DNA of 55,386 bases, taken from the NCBI GenBank assembly GCA_964651755.1, contig CAZYZD010000001.1:1-55386 (forward strand), given 5' to 3'. Below are positions 1 to 9,590 of the stretch, piece by piece. The DNA is from an uncultured Sulfurospirillum sp. Lineage in GTDB: Bacteria; Campylobacterota; Campylobacteria; Campylobacterales; QNZT01. The notes under the pieces are model-generated. The model was not told the DNA's origin and did no database searches. It worked only from the letters and a program-made list of their open reading frames with translations. The position numbers and the translations under genes were made by a program. Each line of letters opens with the position of its first letter. Positions within the stretch are counted from its first letter, which is position 1.

Positions 1-47
1 CTGCCATATAGGGGGAGGGGAACCATAAGTATAACAGAAAAAATAAT

Positions 48-707
48 TTAAATCAAGAGTTTTGATGCAATACCGACAGCAGCTGTTTCACTTTTAAGGA
101 TTAAATCTGTTTTGAGACCTATTTTATGACTTTTTTTCAGTTTTTCTCGCTCTTCTTCACTAAAACCACCTTCACATCCAATTAAAATTGATTCAACTTC
201 TGACCACTCTTTTGTACCGTCAAAATCGAGAACAGCAATTTCACTGTATTTCTTCAATACATTATCAAGAGTTTCTATAATTTCTATTTTCATCAAATCA
301 CTTCTGCCGCATTGCTGAGAAGAGTTGATTAAAATTTTTTCTATTCTGTTGAGATCAAGTTTGAAATTTCGCTGACTACGATCACAATATACAAAAGTAA
401 TTTTTGCAACACCTAATTGATTTAACATAGGCAGCGTTTTCTCTATGATTTTGATATCGATAATACACCAAATCAGGTGCACTCCTCCGCTTCTTTTTGT
501 TTCTTTTTGTGCTTTAACAAATTTTAGGAGGGCTTCCCTTCGCATAATTTGGACAATTTTGTACTGATATAATATATCATCCTGCAAATTGCGGAGATAA
601 ACAAATTCTCCTTCATGTAAACGTCGTACTTTAAAAAGATAACGGTGGTTTTCGCCATTTATTTGAAGTTCTGAAGCACCTGCATCTTTATCATAAAGAT
701 ACTGCAT
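48..707 (-). CDS. rsmE: 16S rRNA (uracil1498-N3)-methyltransferase RsmE
   Basis: 219-aa ORF. The C-terminal IGCEGGFSEEE matches the GPEGGF knot motif of the RsmE family, and size and layout are typical. Confidence 0.8.
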   Translation of the reverse strand: MQYLYDKDAGASELQINGENHRYLFKVRRLHEGEFVYLRNLQDDILYQYKIVQIMRREALLKFVKAQKETKRSGGVHLIWCIIDIKIIEKTLPMLNQLGVAKITFVYCDRSQRNFKLDLNRIEKILINSSQQCGRSDLMKIEIIETLDNVLKKYSEIAVLDFDGTKEWSEVESILIGCEGGFSEEEREKLKKSHKIGLKTDLILKSETAAVGIASKLLI

Positions 708-1128
708 ACATTATTACCGCTACAATTATTATGAGCGCAATATCTGTCATATATTTTTTCCTGGCATACATTTTAAACAATTTCTGAGATTCAATATCAA
801 CCTCCCGTGTACGTTTAAAAACCTGATGAAGTTTTGCACTTGTAAAAATTATCCATCCAAGTGCTCCAACCATCATCACAACTTGCCATGTTACAACTAG
901 ACCCGTTGCACCAAATACAACCAATCCTGTAAAAAAAAGTGCTGCCAACATAAAATAGTATTGCAGAGCAACACTTTCGACACGATTGGAAAAACCGCGA
1001 AATTCTCTATCCTGATTAATAAATACAAGGCTTAGCAACGCCAACAAGAGTGCTAACACAATAAATATAATATGCAGAGTTATTGACATTGATATGAGAT
1101 CATTCATTGCTTCCATAGAGCACTCCAA
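691..1128 (-). CDS. small integral membrane protein, function unknown
   Basis: 145-aa ORF with about four hydrophobic helices (ITLHIIFIVLALLLALLSLVF, YYFMLAALFFTGLVVFGATGLVV, VVMMVGALGWIIF, IALIIIVAVIMYAV). Several in-frame Met make the start uncertain. Overlaps the rsmE start by 17 nt. Confidence 0.5.
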   Translation of the reverse strand: MECSMEAMNDLISMSITLHIIFIVLALLLALLSLVFINQDREFRGFSNRVESVALQYYFMLAALFFTGLVVFGATGLVVTWQVVMMVGALGWIIFTSAKLHQVFKRTREVDIESQKLFKMYARKKYMTDIALIIIVAVIMYAVSL

Positions 1129-1436
1129 ATTTTTTTTACCGTTATTATAGCGCAGAGAGTTGAAGTTACTTCAAAATATAATAGTTATCTATATTTTACA
1201 ATCAAATATAAAAGATTACAAAAACTTTATTTATATTATAAAGATATCTATCTCCAGTTTTTATTAAAAATAAATATATTTAATTATCTATAAACATTTC
1301 AATCATATATTTACTCTTAAATCATAAGAAAAAAGTAAAATATAAGAGTGAATTGATTATAGTATATAAATCAAAACTTCTATAAGGCAAGGACATTTAA
1401 ACTTTTCCTTACCAAAACAGATGTAAAAGAGGTAAA

Positions 1437-2240
1437 ATGAATCAATTTGCAGAGGCAAAAAAACTGTTCTATGACGACTTTGACTTAAGTGGATATTTTG
1501 ACAGTCTTACCTTTGAATATGCGAAAAAGCAACTTATCGATGTTATGAAAACACATGAAGTTCCACTGGTTTTTTTACTAGGGAATCCAGGTACAGGAAA
1601 AAGCTTTCTGTTAAACTATATTCAGCAAAAAGTCACAAGTGTCAAAGTAGCAAAATATTTTACACATCCTTATTTCGATGAAAAAGAATTTCTTGAGACA
1701 CTTCTTAGTCTGGCAGGAAAAAATATCGAACATAATGAGTACTCGACAGAACAACTTATTTCACGATTAAAGCGTGCATTTGGAGATTTGGAGTATACTG
1801 TTTTCATTGACGAAGCACAACTCTTGACAGAAGATCAGGTTGAATTAATACGTATATTAAGTGATCAGAAAATTTTTCAATTTGTTTTAGCTATGCATAA
1901 AAGAGAAGGAAACTATATCCTCTCAAAAGATCACTTTAAATCCCGCACCACCAAAAAAATAGAGCTTGAGGGACTTACAGATAAAGAGATAGGACGATAT
2001 ATCGAGAGTCGCCTCCTTTCAAACAACTTTTCAGATATTGCATCTATGTTTAAACGCTCTCATGTCAAATTTATCAAAGAGCATTCACACGGTAACTTCA
2101 GAACAACAAAAAAAATTGTTAAAACTGTACTGGAAATTTTAAATATTGCAAATCGGGAAAATTACAAGAAATATAATAAACTCAATAATACCACCCTTAC
2201 TATGGCAGCCATTGATACAGGACTAATCAATGTTAAATAA
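1437..2240 (+). CDS. ExeA/GspA/MshM-type AAA ATPase
   Basis: Walker A GNPGTGKS and Walker B-like VFIDEAQLL. The ~270-aa single-domain layout is typical of ExeA-like secretion/pilus-associated ATPases. Confidence 0.7.
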   Translation: MNQFAEAKKLFYDDFDLSGYFDSLTFEYAKKQLIDVMKTHEVPLVFLLGNPGTGKSFLLNYIQQKVTSVKVAKYFTHPYFDEKEFLETLLSLAGKNIEHNEYSTEQLISRLKRAFGDLEYTVFIDEAQLLTEDQVELIRILSDQKIFQFVLAMHKREGNYILSKDHFKSRTTKKIELEGLTDKEIGRYIESRLLSNNFSDIASMFKRSHVKFIKEHSHGNFRTTKKIVKTVLEILNIANRENYKKYNKLNNTTLTMAAIDTGLINVK

Positions 2241-2886
2241 CAACTTTAGCAAACTTATCAAACTTTATGAAAAATATAGAAGACAGCAACGCAATCAAAT
2301 GCTCCTTAAATTGCTTGCATTGATTGTAATAATTACAGCAGGGTATCTTATCTATATGCAAAACAGTAAATCTTCGGTACCATCAGTTACTGCTGAAAAT
2401 AGCAGCAAAATCAATACAGCTGCTTCATCATCTGGCTCATCTGCTGCAGATTCCTCTACTCCTATACAAAATAGTATAACTGCACCGGCAAATAGTGCAC
2501 CAACTCAACCGGCTGAAATAGAAAAACAAACGCAAAATACAAATAACAAAATCTCTGAGAAAAAAGAATCCAAAGAAGACCTTTTTCAACTTAAACCAAC
2601 CCAACGTGAAGGTTTATATAAGATGTTGGTTGACTATAAAGATCAAAAATCTTATAAAACAGCTATCAGAATAGCACAATTTTACCTTTTACAAAAAGAA
2701 TATAAAAAAGCAGTAAAATGGGCTGTCGAAGCAAGTAAAAAAGACCCTTCTCAGGCACAGTCATGGATTATCTATGCAAAAGCGAAAATAGCACTCGGAA
2801 AGCCGGAAATTGCAAAACGAGCGCTTTCTATTTATTTAAAACATAACTCTTCACAGGAAGCACAGGACTTTCTTAATTCTTTATAA
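2230..2886 (+). CDS. membrane-anchored protein with low-complexity linker and C-terminal TPR-like repeats (MshN-like layout)
   Basis: One N-terminal TM helix (LLKLLALIVIITAGYLIYM), a Ser/Ala/Thr/Gln-rich linker, and a TPR-like C-terminus (AIRIAQFYLLQKEYKKAVKWAVEASKKDPSQAQSWIIYAKAKIALGKPEIA). Overlaps the upstream ATPase gene by 11 nt. Confidence 0.45.
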   Translation: MLNNNFSKLIKLYEKYRRQQRNQMLLKLLALIVIITAGYLIYMQNSKSSVPSVTAENSSKINTAASSSGSSAADSSTPIQNSITAPANSAPTQPAEIEKQTQNTNNKISEKKESKEDLFQLKPTQREGLYKMLVDYKDQKSYKTAIRIAQFYLLQKEYKKAVKWAVEASKKDPSQAQSWIIYAKAKIALGKPEIAKRALSIYLKHNSSQEAQDFLNSL

Positions 2887-3001
2887 ATAAACAAAAGGTC
2901 TGAAGATCAATATTTTACAGCTCTTATCTTTAGACCTTTTATGATAAGACTTCTTTACTTTTTGCTACAATACAAAACTATTATCAACATGAAGGACAAT
3001 T

Positions 3002-4210
3002 ATGGCTGTAACTATTTATGAAGCACTACAATTAATAGAAAAAAGTATACCTGCAATCTCTACAGAAATAATTCCAATTGAAAATGCTTTAAATAGAGTA
3101 GCATCAAGAGATGTAAAAGCGACCCTTGCACTGCCCACTTTTAACAATTCTGCAATGGATGGTTACGGACTTAAAGGAGAAGCTAAAGAGTATACCCTTA
3201 TAGGTAAAATCCTTGCCGGAGACAGTCATACATACACTTTAAAAGATGGTGAATGTATCAAAATTCTCACCGGTGCACAAGTCCCAAATAGTGTCGAGCG
3301 TATTATTCCACAGGAAAATACAGAACAAAATAAAAATATTATCAAAATTATTAAACCCGTCAAAATCGGTGCAAACATTCGCCATATGGGAGAAGATATT
3401 CATGAAGGAGAGACAATCATTAAAGCCGGTAGTGGTGTCAACTCTACACATATTGCTTTACTCGCCAGTCAGGGAATTACCCATATAGAAGTTAATCGTA
3501 AAGTCAAAATAGGCGTATTTGCCAGTGGAAGTGAACTTAAACTACATTTTGAAAAACTAAATAACGCACAAGTATATAATTCCAATACTCTTTATCTGCT
3601 TGCCCGCAGTCAGGAACTACATTGTGAAACACGCTTTGTCGGAAAGAGTGAAGATAGTGTAAATTCTCTAAAAGCACTTGTCAAAGCTGCTCTTGACTGT
3701 GATCTTATTGTTACAAGCGGTGGTGTGAGTGTAGGTGAAGCAGACTTTACGAAAGAAGCATTCAGTGCCTTGGGAATGGAAATATTCTTTAACAAAGTGC
3801 AGGTCAAACCTGGGAAACCTACAACATTTGGTAAAATAGGAAACACGCTTGTACTAAATCTTCCCGGTAACCCACTTGCTGCCGCATTGAATTTTGAATT
3901 ATTCGGTACTTTTATCATCCATGCCCTTCAAGGTTTGACAGCAAAATATCACAATTATATTTTAACTCCTCTATCAAGGAAAATAGATTCTCCCCGACCT
4001 GTTGCGAATATTGTTCCAGGATGGTTTGACGGTCAAACTTTCACACCCAGCACCAAATATGCACCAGGGATGGTTAATGTATTAAGCCATTGCAATGGTG
4101 TAATCATTATTGATCCTGAAACCAATATAGCAGAAGAAGGAAAAATTGTTAAATTTTTACCAATACGATGGGATTTTTTAAAAAATAATTTTGAAGAAAT
4201 TATGAGTTAA
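3002..4210 (+). CDS. moeA: molybdopterin molybdenumtransferase MoeA
   Basis: 402 aa. N-terminal NNSAMDGYG motif, central TSGGVSVGEADF and LPGNP motifs characteristic of MoeA/gephyrin E domain. Confidence 0.9.
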   Translation: MAVTIYEALQLIEKSIPAISTEIIPIENALNRVASRDVKATLALPTFNNSAMDGYGLKGEAKEYTLIGKILAGDSHTYTLKDGECIKILTGAQVPNSVERIIPQENTEQNKNIIKIIKPVKIGANIRHMGEDIHEGETIIKAGSGVNSTHIALLASQGITHIEVNRKVKIGVFASGSELKLHFEKLNNAQVYNSNTLYLLARSQELHCETRFVGKSEDSVNSLKALVKAALDCDLIVTSGGVSVGEADFTKEAFSALGMEIFFNKVQVKPGKPTTFGKIGNTLVLNLPGNPLAAALNFELFGTFIIHALQGLTAKYHNYILTPLSRKIDSPRPVANIVPGWFDGQTFTPSTKYAPGMVNVLSHCNGVIIIDPETNIAEEGKIVKFLPIRWDFLKNNFEEIMS

Positions 4211-4248
4211 AAAGAGTAAGGTATATTACCCTACCCTTTTTAAAATTT

Positions 4249-4884
4249 TTATTTTAAAGTTGAAATATATTCAGAAACAGCTTTCATGTCAGCATCGCTC
4301 ATAGAAGCAACTTGACCTTTCATTACACCTTTCATATTTCTACCATATGTTCCGTCTTTGTATCCTTTTAATGCTTCTTCAACTTTTGCAGCATCCCATC
4401 CAGCTATTACTTTACTTGCACCTAAAGCTTTTTTCTCAGCTTTGGCACCATGACAAGCTGCACATTTTTTATAAACTGCCGCACCGTCTGCTCCGCCTGT
4501 TGCCGCTGCAACTGCTGCACTTCCTGCTTCTTTAGCTGACTCAACAGCACTATTTGCAGCTTCTTTAGTTGCTTCTACTGCTTTTGCTGCTGTCTCTTTA
4601 GTCGCTTCAACGGCATTGGATGCTGCTTCCTTAGTCGCTTCTACTGCTTTTGTTGCAGTTTCTTTAACTGCATCTTTAGCAGCAGTAGCCATATCTTTTC
4701 CCTCTTTTACTGCTTCTACAGCACCCGCAGCCGCACTTTTTGCAGCTTCTTTCGTTGCATCTACAGCATGTGAAGTAGACTCTTTCGCTTTTTCAGTGAC
4801 TGTTGAAGCAGCCTCTTTTGCTGAATCACCACAACCAACTAAGAATGCAGCTAAAACTAATGAATAAATAAAAGTTTTTTTCAT
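4249..4884 (-). CDS. lipoprotein: 11-residue-repeat region fused to a C-terminal monohaem cytochrome c domain
   Basis: Lipobox LAAFLVGCGD after MKKTFIYSLV. Start trimmed to the ATG at 4884, preceded by GGAGAGAG. Residues ~31-137 are imperfect 11-mers (AVEATKEAASN / AVEATKETAAK / AVEATKEAANS / AVESAKEAGSA). Haem motif CAACH is followed by a c553-like tail with Met (MKGVMKGQV). Confidence 0.75.
   Translation of the reverse strand: MKKTFIYSLVLAAFLVGCGDSAKEAASTVTEKAKESTSHAVDATKEAAKSAAAGAVEAVKEGKDMATAAKDAVKETATKAVEATKEAASNAVEATKETAAKAVEATKEAANSAVESAKEAGSAAVAAATGGADGAAVYKKCAACHGAKAEKKALGASKVIAGWDAAKVEEALKGYKDGTYGRNMKGVMKGQVASMSDADMKAVSEYISTLK
4504..4824 (-). repeat. in-frame imperfect tandem 33-nt repeats encoding Ala/Glu/Lys/Thr-rich 11-mers
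   Basis: Near-identical units are visible on the + strand at 4571-4603, 4604-4636 and 4637-4669 (gcttctactgcttttgctgctgtctctttagtc and similar), flanked by more degenerate copies. Confidence 0.7.
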
Positions 4885-4963
4885 ATTTCTCTCTCCTGAT
4901 ATAATATTTTTCATTATCTATTCTACTCTTTCATAATAAAAAGAACATTAGATTAAATATTAC

Positions 4964-5551
4964 CTAGAGAGGCTTAGGGTTTATAAATATTTCACCTTTA
5001 AGAAGTTTATCCCACATTGCACTGTCACTCCATTCTTTTTTAATCTGCTCACTAAAAACTATTTTTTTTAAATCTATCTCACCCATCACTTTACTATATG
5101 CATCTTCTCTGAACCCCTGTGCATATCCGGTATCGGTTTCATGAACTATTATACTATGTACACGAACCTCTTTTTCTCCATTTTGCATTTTTGTCTGTGC
5201 CAAAAGTGTATCGATCATCAAAAATATTACACGGCTAAACTGTTCTGCAGAGGGGGAGACAGGTAAACTGATCCATCGTCTGCTGAATTTTTTAATCGCA
5301 GCAATATATTCAGCATCATCTTTATCCCAAAATGCAGTAGCATGATCAAATGAATCTATCAACTCTTTAATAGTCGTTTTTGTAAGTCCAAAATCATATA
5401 CCATTTGCCCCTGATCAAGATAATTTGACTCAAATAAGACCTCAACTTTATAAGAGTGCCCATGAATACTGTATTTACATCGTTCACTGGTACAACCCCG
5501 GACGATATGTGCATTTTCAAATTTAAAGAGTTTTCGGATTATCATAATCAA
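4964..5551 (-). CDS. queD: 6-carboxy-5,6,7,8-tetrahydropterin synthase (QueD / PTPS family, long form)
   Basis: [28 protein letters not shown] carries the Cys/Glu/His-x-His zinc and catalytic signature of the PTPS/QueD family. 4-nt overlap with moaA upstream. Confidence 0.75.
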   Translation of the reverse strand: MIMIIRKLFKFENAHIVRGCTSERCKYSIHGHSYKVEVLFESNYLDQGQMVYDFGLTKTTIKELIDSFDHATAFWDKDDAEYIAAIKKFSRRWISLPVSPSAEQFSRVIFLMIDTLLAQTKMQNGEKEVRVHSIIVHETDTGYAQGFREDAYSKVMGEIDLKKIVFSEQIKKEWSDSAMWDKLLKGEIFINPKPL

Positions 5552-6513
5552 CCACCCGTTTCATAAAACGCTCTGTTTGATTTTTCATTTTCTTCACTAC
5601 TCCAGCGATTCTCTTTTGGTTTATCTTTAAGCACACTTTTCAAAACTTCGACAGCCTTTGAGACATCTCCTTTCTGTACAGCTTCTTTAATACTCATCGC
5701 TTCATCAAAATAGAGACACGGAATCAAATAACCTTCTGCCGTCAAACGAATACGGTTACAAGACTCACAAAAATCATGTTTGTGTGGATCGATCAATCCA
5801 AATTTATATCCATCTTCCAGCAAATAGGAGAATGAAGGGCTGCTTCCTTCTCTTCCTACTTTTTTAATAATATATTTCTCTTTGATTTTATCAAGTATCT
5901 CTTTCCCCAGCATTCCTTTGATGCTATCATTTGCCATAGCATTTTCCATATACTCTATAAAACGAACTTCAATACCTCTGGCTTTACAATAATCCATAAT
6001 ATCTACAATCTCATGATCATTGATACCTTTCAAAGGAACCATATTTATCTTTACTTTCAAGCCAACCCGAAGAGCTTCTTCTATACCTTCAAGAACATCT
6101 TCCAATACATCCTTCTGCGCAATTTGATGTGCAATTTCTCGATTTAATGAATCGAGAGAAATATTTAAACGCTTCAATCCTGCATCTTTCAATCTTTTTG
6201 CTGTCTGTTTCAGGAGATAACCATTGGTTGTCAATGCAAGATCAACATCAGGATTATGATTGTATATCATAGAAACAAATTGATCCAGACCTTCTCTAAG
6301 TAAAGGCTCTCCCCCCGTAATACGAACCTTGTTTATTCCCTCATCCATTGCAGCTTTGATAAATAAAAAAAGCTCTTCAAGTGAAAGCAGATTTTCTCTG
6401 GGCACCCATGAAAAAGGTTTATCCGGCATACAGTATTGACAGCGAAAATTACACCGCTCTGTCACCGATACCCGCAAATAATTTACTACTCTGTTATGTC
6501 CATCTATTAACAT
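5548..6513 (-). CDS. moaA: GTP 3',8-cyclase MoaA (radical SAM)
   Basis: [14 protein letters not shown] radical-SAM CxxxCxxC motif, a second cluster motif [13 protein letters not shown], and a C-terminal GG tail. Confidence 0.92.
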   Translation of the reverse strand: MLIDGHNRVVNYLRVSVTERCNFRCQYCMPDKPFSWVPRENLLSLEELFLFIKAAMDEGINKVRITGGEPLLREGLDQFVSMIYNHNPDVDLALTTNGYLLKQTAKRLKDAGLKRLNISLDSLNREIAHQIAQKDVLEDVLEGIEEALRVGLKVKINMVPLKGINDHEIVDIMDYCKARGIEVRFIEYMENAMANDSIKGMLGKEILDKIKEKYIIKKVGREGSSPSFSYLLEDGYKFGLIDPHKHDFCESCNRIRLTAEGYLIPCLYFDEAMSIKEAVQKGDVSKAVEVLKSVLKDKPKENRWSSEENEKSNRAFYETGG

Positions 6514-6588
6514 CTTCCCTAACCCCTAAATGTAAATTTCGTTTTGCCGATATTATAGCAAACCAATCCAATATTAAAGGAGCATCGT

Positions 6589-7101
6589 ATGAGTGCACCC
6601 ATACCGAACAACCGTGAACGAATCATGAATAATGATGATTTTATCGTTTCCAAAACAGATACAAAAGGTAAAATTACCTATTGTAATGAGATTTTTATGG
6701 AGATGGCACAACTTCCAGAATCCGAACTTCTGGGAAAACCCCATAGTATCGTAAGACATCCGGATATGCCCAAAATAGTATTTAAACTTCTTTGGGATTA
6801 TATACAACATGGTAAAGAGATATTTGCCTATGTTAAAAATCTTTCCGCTGATGGCAGTTATTACTGGGTTTTTGCAAATGTTACTCCTTCTTATGACAAT
6901 AACAACAATATTATTGGCTACTACTCTGTACGCATCAAACCAAATCCCAAAGCACTTGAAGTTATAAAACCGCTTTATGAAAAGCTAAAAGCGATTGAAA
7001 GCGGAGGTGGCATCGCTGCCGCAGAAACATATTTGAATAATTTACTGAAAGAAAAAGGAGTAAGCTATGACGAGTTTATTATCGCGATCCAAACATCATA
7101 A
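6589..7101 (+). CDS. stand-alone Aer-type (FAD-binding) PAS domain protein, CetB-like
   Basis: [18 protein letters not shown]...[50 protein letters not shown] is co-linear with the E. coli Aer N-terminal PAS ([12 protein letters not shown]...GDHYWV). No transducer domain is in the ORF. Confidence 0.85.
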   Translation: MSAPIPNNRERIMNNDDFIVSKTDTKGKITYCNEIFMEMAQLPESELLGKPHSIVRHPDMPKIVFKLLWDYIQHGKEIFAYVKNLSADGSYYWVFANVTPSYDNNNNIIGYYSVRIKPNPKALEVIKPLYEKLKAIESGGGIAAAETYLNNLLKEKGVSYDEFIIAIQTS

Positions 7102-8368
7102 TCAATCTACAAACAAGACTGCCCTATTACAAAAAATAAATCAGGTAGTGGAAGAAGCTGCCGCAGGAAACATAGAGGTACGTATCACAGGTATTAATCC
7201 CAATGATCCGATGGCACGCACTGCATGGAATATCAATAATATGCTCGACCAGGTAGAAGCGACTCTCAGAGGGACTGCAAATGCACTCCAAAGAGCTGGC
7301 GAAGGAGATACCTACAGAAAAGTATTTTGTCAAGGCTTAAAAGGAACATTTCAACAAAACTGTCAACTCTCTTCAAAAGCAGTCGATGATGTCATTGAAG
7401 CAAATAAAAGTAGACTAAAAAGTGAACTGGCTTTAGAAATTGATAAAATCAGCGGTGGTATTCGTTCAGGTATGAATGTTATTCAAGAGGATCTTATGGA
7501 AACTATTGAACTGGTAGAAGAGATTACATCTCTCTCTTCGCGCACTGCCGCACAATCTGACTCAAGTATGCAAGTTACCGCAGAACTTGCCGATAAACTC
7601 AATCATCTGGTAGAGTTGATTTCAGGAGTAACTGATGCTGCGAATTCTCTTAATGAAAGGACTGGAGAGATTACCTCTGTTGTAAATCTTATCAAAGATA
7701 TTGCAGACCAGACCAATCTGCTCGCACTCAATGCAGCAATTGAAGCAGCAAGAGCGGGAGAACACGGACGTGGTTTTGCCGTCGTAGCGGATGAAGTACG
7801 AAAACTGGCAGAAAGAACCCAAAAAGCTACAGCTGAAATTGCGATAACTGTTCAAACACTTCAGCAAGAAACTATGGATATACAATCTAGTGTAGAACAA
7901 GTCAATGAAATTGCAACTACTTCCGGTGAAACAGTTGACTCTTTCCAGGCAACACTCACTGAGTTTAATCATGATGCAAATACAACAGCTCAAAATGCAG
8001 AAAATGTTAAACGTAAAAGTTTTACAACATCGGTAAAAGCTGATCACATTATTTATAAAGCAAACATCTACAATACAGTTTTATACGATGATGGAAATAA
8101 AAGTCCACGTATCTCACATAATGACTGCAGATTTGGAAAATGGTATAACAATGAAGGTAAAAAGATGTTCGGAAATCTGCAAACATTTAAAACCATTGAC
8201 AATACACATTCAAAAGTACATAACAGTGCAAATAAAAATATTATGATTACAGATAAACCAATTAGTAAAGATGTTATTCCTGCACTTTTAGATAATTTCA
8301 AAGAGATGGAAGAAGCGAGTGATACACTCTTTAAACAACTTGATCAACTCAGCAGTGAAGCGAATTAA
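7067..8368 (+). CDS. soluble methyl-accepting chemotaxis protein with C-terminal CZB zinc-binding domain (TlpD-like)
   Basis: Highly conserved MCP hairpin [40 protein letters not shown]. No hydrophobic TM segment. Full CZB motif H-x2-Y-x23-C-x-F-G-x-W-x21-H-x3-H (HIIY...CRFGKW...HSKVH, nt 8045-8221). Overlaps the PAS gene by 35 nt. Confidence 0.85.
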   Translation: MTSLLSRSKHHNQSTNKTALLQKINQVVEEAAAGNIEVRITGINPNDPMARTAWNINNMLDQVEATLRGTANALQRAGEGDTYRKVFCQGLKGTFQQNCQLSSKAVDDVIEANKSRLKSELALEIDKISGGIRSGMNVIQEDLMETIELVEEITSLSSRTAAQSDSSMQVTAELADKLNHLVELISGVTDAANSLNERTGEITSVVNLIKDIADQTNLLALNAAIEAARAGEHGRGFAVVADEVRKLAERTQKATAEIAITVQTLQQETMDIQSSVEQVNEIATTSGETVDSFQATLTEFNHDANTTAQNAENVKRKSFTTSVKADHIIYKANIYNTVLYDDGNKSPRISHNDCRFGKWYNNEGKKMFGNLQTFKTIDNTHSKVHNSANKNIMITDKPISKDVIPALLDNFKEMEEASDTLFKQLDQLSSEAN

Positions 8369-9075
8369 TGTAAAAGATGCATAGGAGCAAAAAGCTTATG
8401 CGCTTTTGAATCCGTAATAAATGAAATGTTATAAGGATGAGGCAGAAAATGTTTTGTAAAATATTTTGCCTCATCCAGTTTTTCTACCTCTTCAGCGATC
8501 TTTCCAAATAAAATAAGTTCAATATCTTTTTTTTCTTTATACAGTTCAGCGAGAAAACTTCGGATAAATCCCCTCCATGCTTTTATATGTTTTTTACTTT
8601 CTTCTTTTGTACTGAAAACCAGAGCCATATTTAAAAGCAATACACCGTTTTTTTCAAAATTTTCTCTAAGCTGGTGAATAGTTTGGATATATCTTGACAT
8701 ATCTATCCGGGAGAGTGCAGCTTTGGAAAAGTCCTCATCCAGTTCACCTTCACATAAAAGTAACATTTTGACAAAATTCCGTAAACTTGTCGCACGATTA
8801 ACCTCTTTTGACAAACCGGAAGAAGAAAATATTGACTGAACTTTCCCGTCAATAAAAGCATATCCGATAGCACTCTCTTGCCTGGGATATGGATCCTGTC
8901 CAAAAAGAATATATTGTGTTTTTTCCAACGACAACGTTTTAAAAGCATTTAAAAAGTTATTTTTATCCGGGAAATATCCATTATTGTTTTGTAAATAATT
9001 CAGATACTCCGGTTCAAAAGCATCAAAGGCTTTTTGCAGTATCCCCTGCCAGGATTTATCTATATTTTCTATCAT
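8365..9075 (-). CDS. family-1-like uracil-DNA glycosylase (divergent)
   Basis: Co-linear with UNG: NAF...ILFGQDPYP (UNG GQDPYH), GYAF (GLAF), [10 protein letters not shown] (PSLLNMYKEL), GVLLLNMAL (GVLLLNTVL), ILFG (LLWG), LPHPYNIS (HPSPLS). Confidence 0.65.
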   Translation of the reverse strand: MIENIDKSWQGILQKAFDAFEPEYLNYLQNNNGYFPDKNNFLNAFKTLSLEKTQYILFGQDPYPRQESAIGYAFIDGKVQSIFSSSGLSKEVNRATSLRNFVKMLLLCEGELDEDFSKAALSRIDMSRYIQTIHQLRENFEKNGVLLLNMALVFSTKEESKKHIKAWRGFIRSFLAELYKEKKDIELILFGKIAEEVEKLDEAKYFTKHFLPHPYNISFITDSKAHKLFAPMHLLH

Positions 9076-9590
9076 TTGAGATTGGCAATCTTTAAAATAA
9101 GCTCTACTTCACCCAGAGGTGTACGTTCGCGTTTTGCAATTTCCTCTGCACTATAACCATTTTTATACAATTCTATAATCGCTTTTTCATTGATCAGCTT
9201 GCTTGTAGCAGAGATTGAACTGAGTTTATTATTTTCTTCAATTTTATTGATACGTTCATTTAGACTGTCATTGATACGTTTCATCTCCATTTCCATCTGC
9301 TTGATAGCACGAATCGCTTTTAAAAGAGGATCACTAAGGTCGTTTAGCTTCTGATTTAAACTGGTTTCAAGCGCTTCAAGTTCCTGTGCAAAATCAGGTA
9401 ACGTTTCAAGTCCCTCAGGTATGGAAGTTACTTTACGCTCCATATTGTGTACACGGCTATTCAGTTCATCGATAGCACGTTCATAGGCACTCAGCTGTCT
9501 TGTCACAGCCTGATCACGCATATAAAAATAGGCAATTAACAGCCCAAGAATCAGTAAAAATCCGACAAACACAAAAATCTCAACCATCAC
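9072..9590 (-). CDS. membrane-anchored coiled-coil protein with small C-terminal helix-turn-helix-like domain
   Basis: N-terminal TM helix (VEIFVFVGFLLILGLLIAYFY), heptad-rich middle, and C-terminal LYKNGYSAEEIAKRERTPLGEVELILKI. 4-nt overlap with the downstream UDG-like gene. Confidence 0.4.
   Translation of the reverse strand: MMVEIFVFVGFLLILGLLIAYFYMRDQAVTRQLSAYERAIDELNSRVHNMERKVTSIPEGLETLPDFAQELEALETSLNQKLNDLSDPLLKAIRAIKQMEMEMKRINDSLNERINKIEENNKLSSISATSKLINEKAIIELYKNGYSAEEIAKRERTPLGEVELILKIANLK

Noticed and set aside
7067-7101. Possibility that the PAS and MCP ORFs are one frameshifted Aer-like gene (pseudogene or sequencing error)
   Set aside because: Both ORFs are intact, and the MCP ORF has its own ATG. 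Split PAS/transducer systems (CetB/CetA) are established in this phylum. Kept only as a refutation condition.
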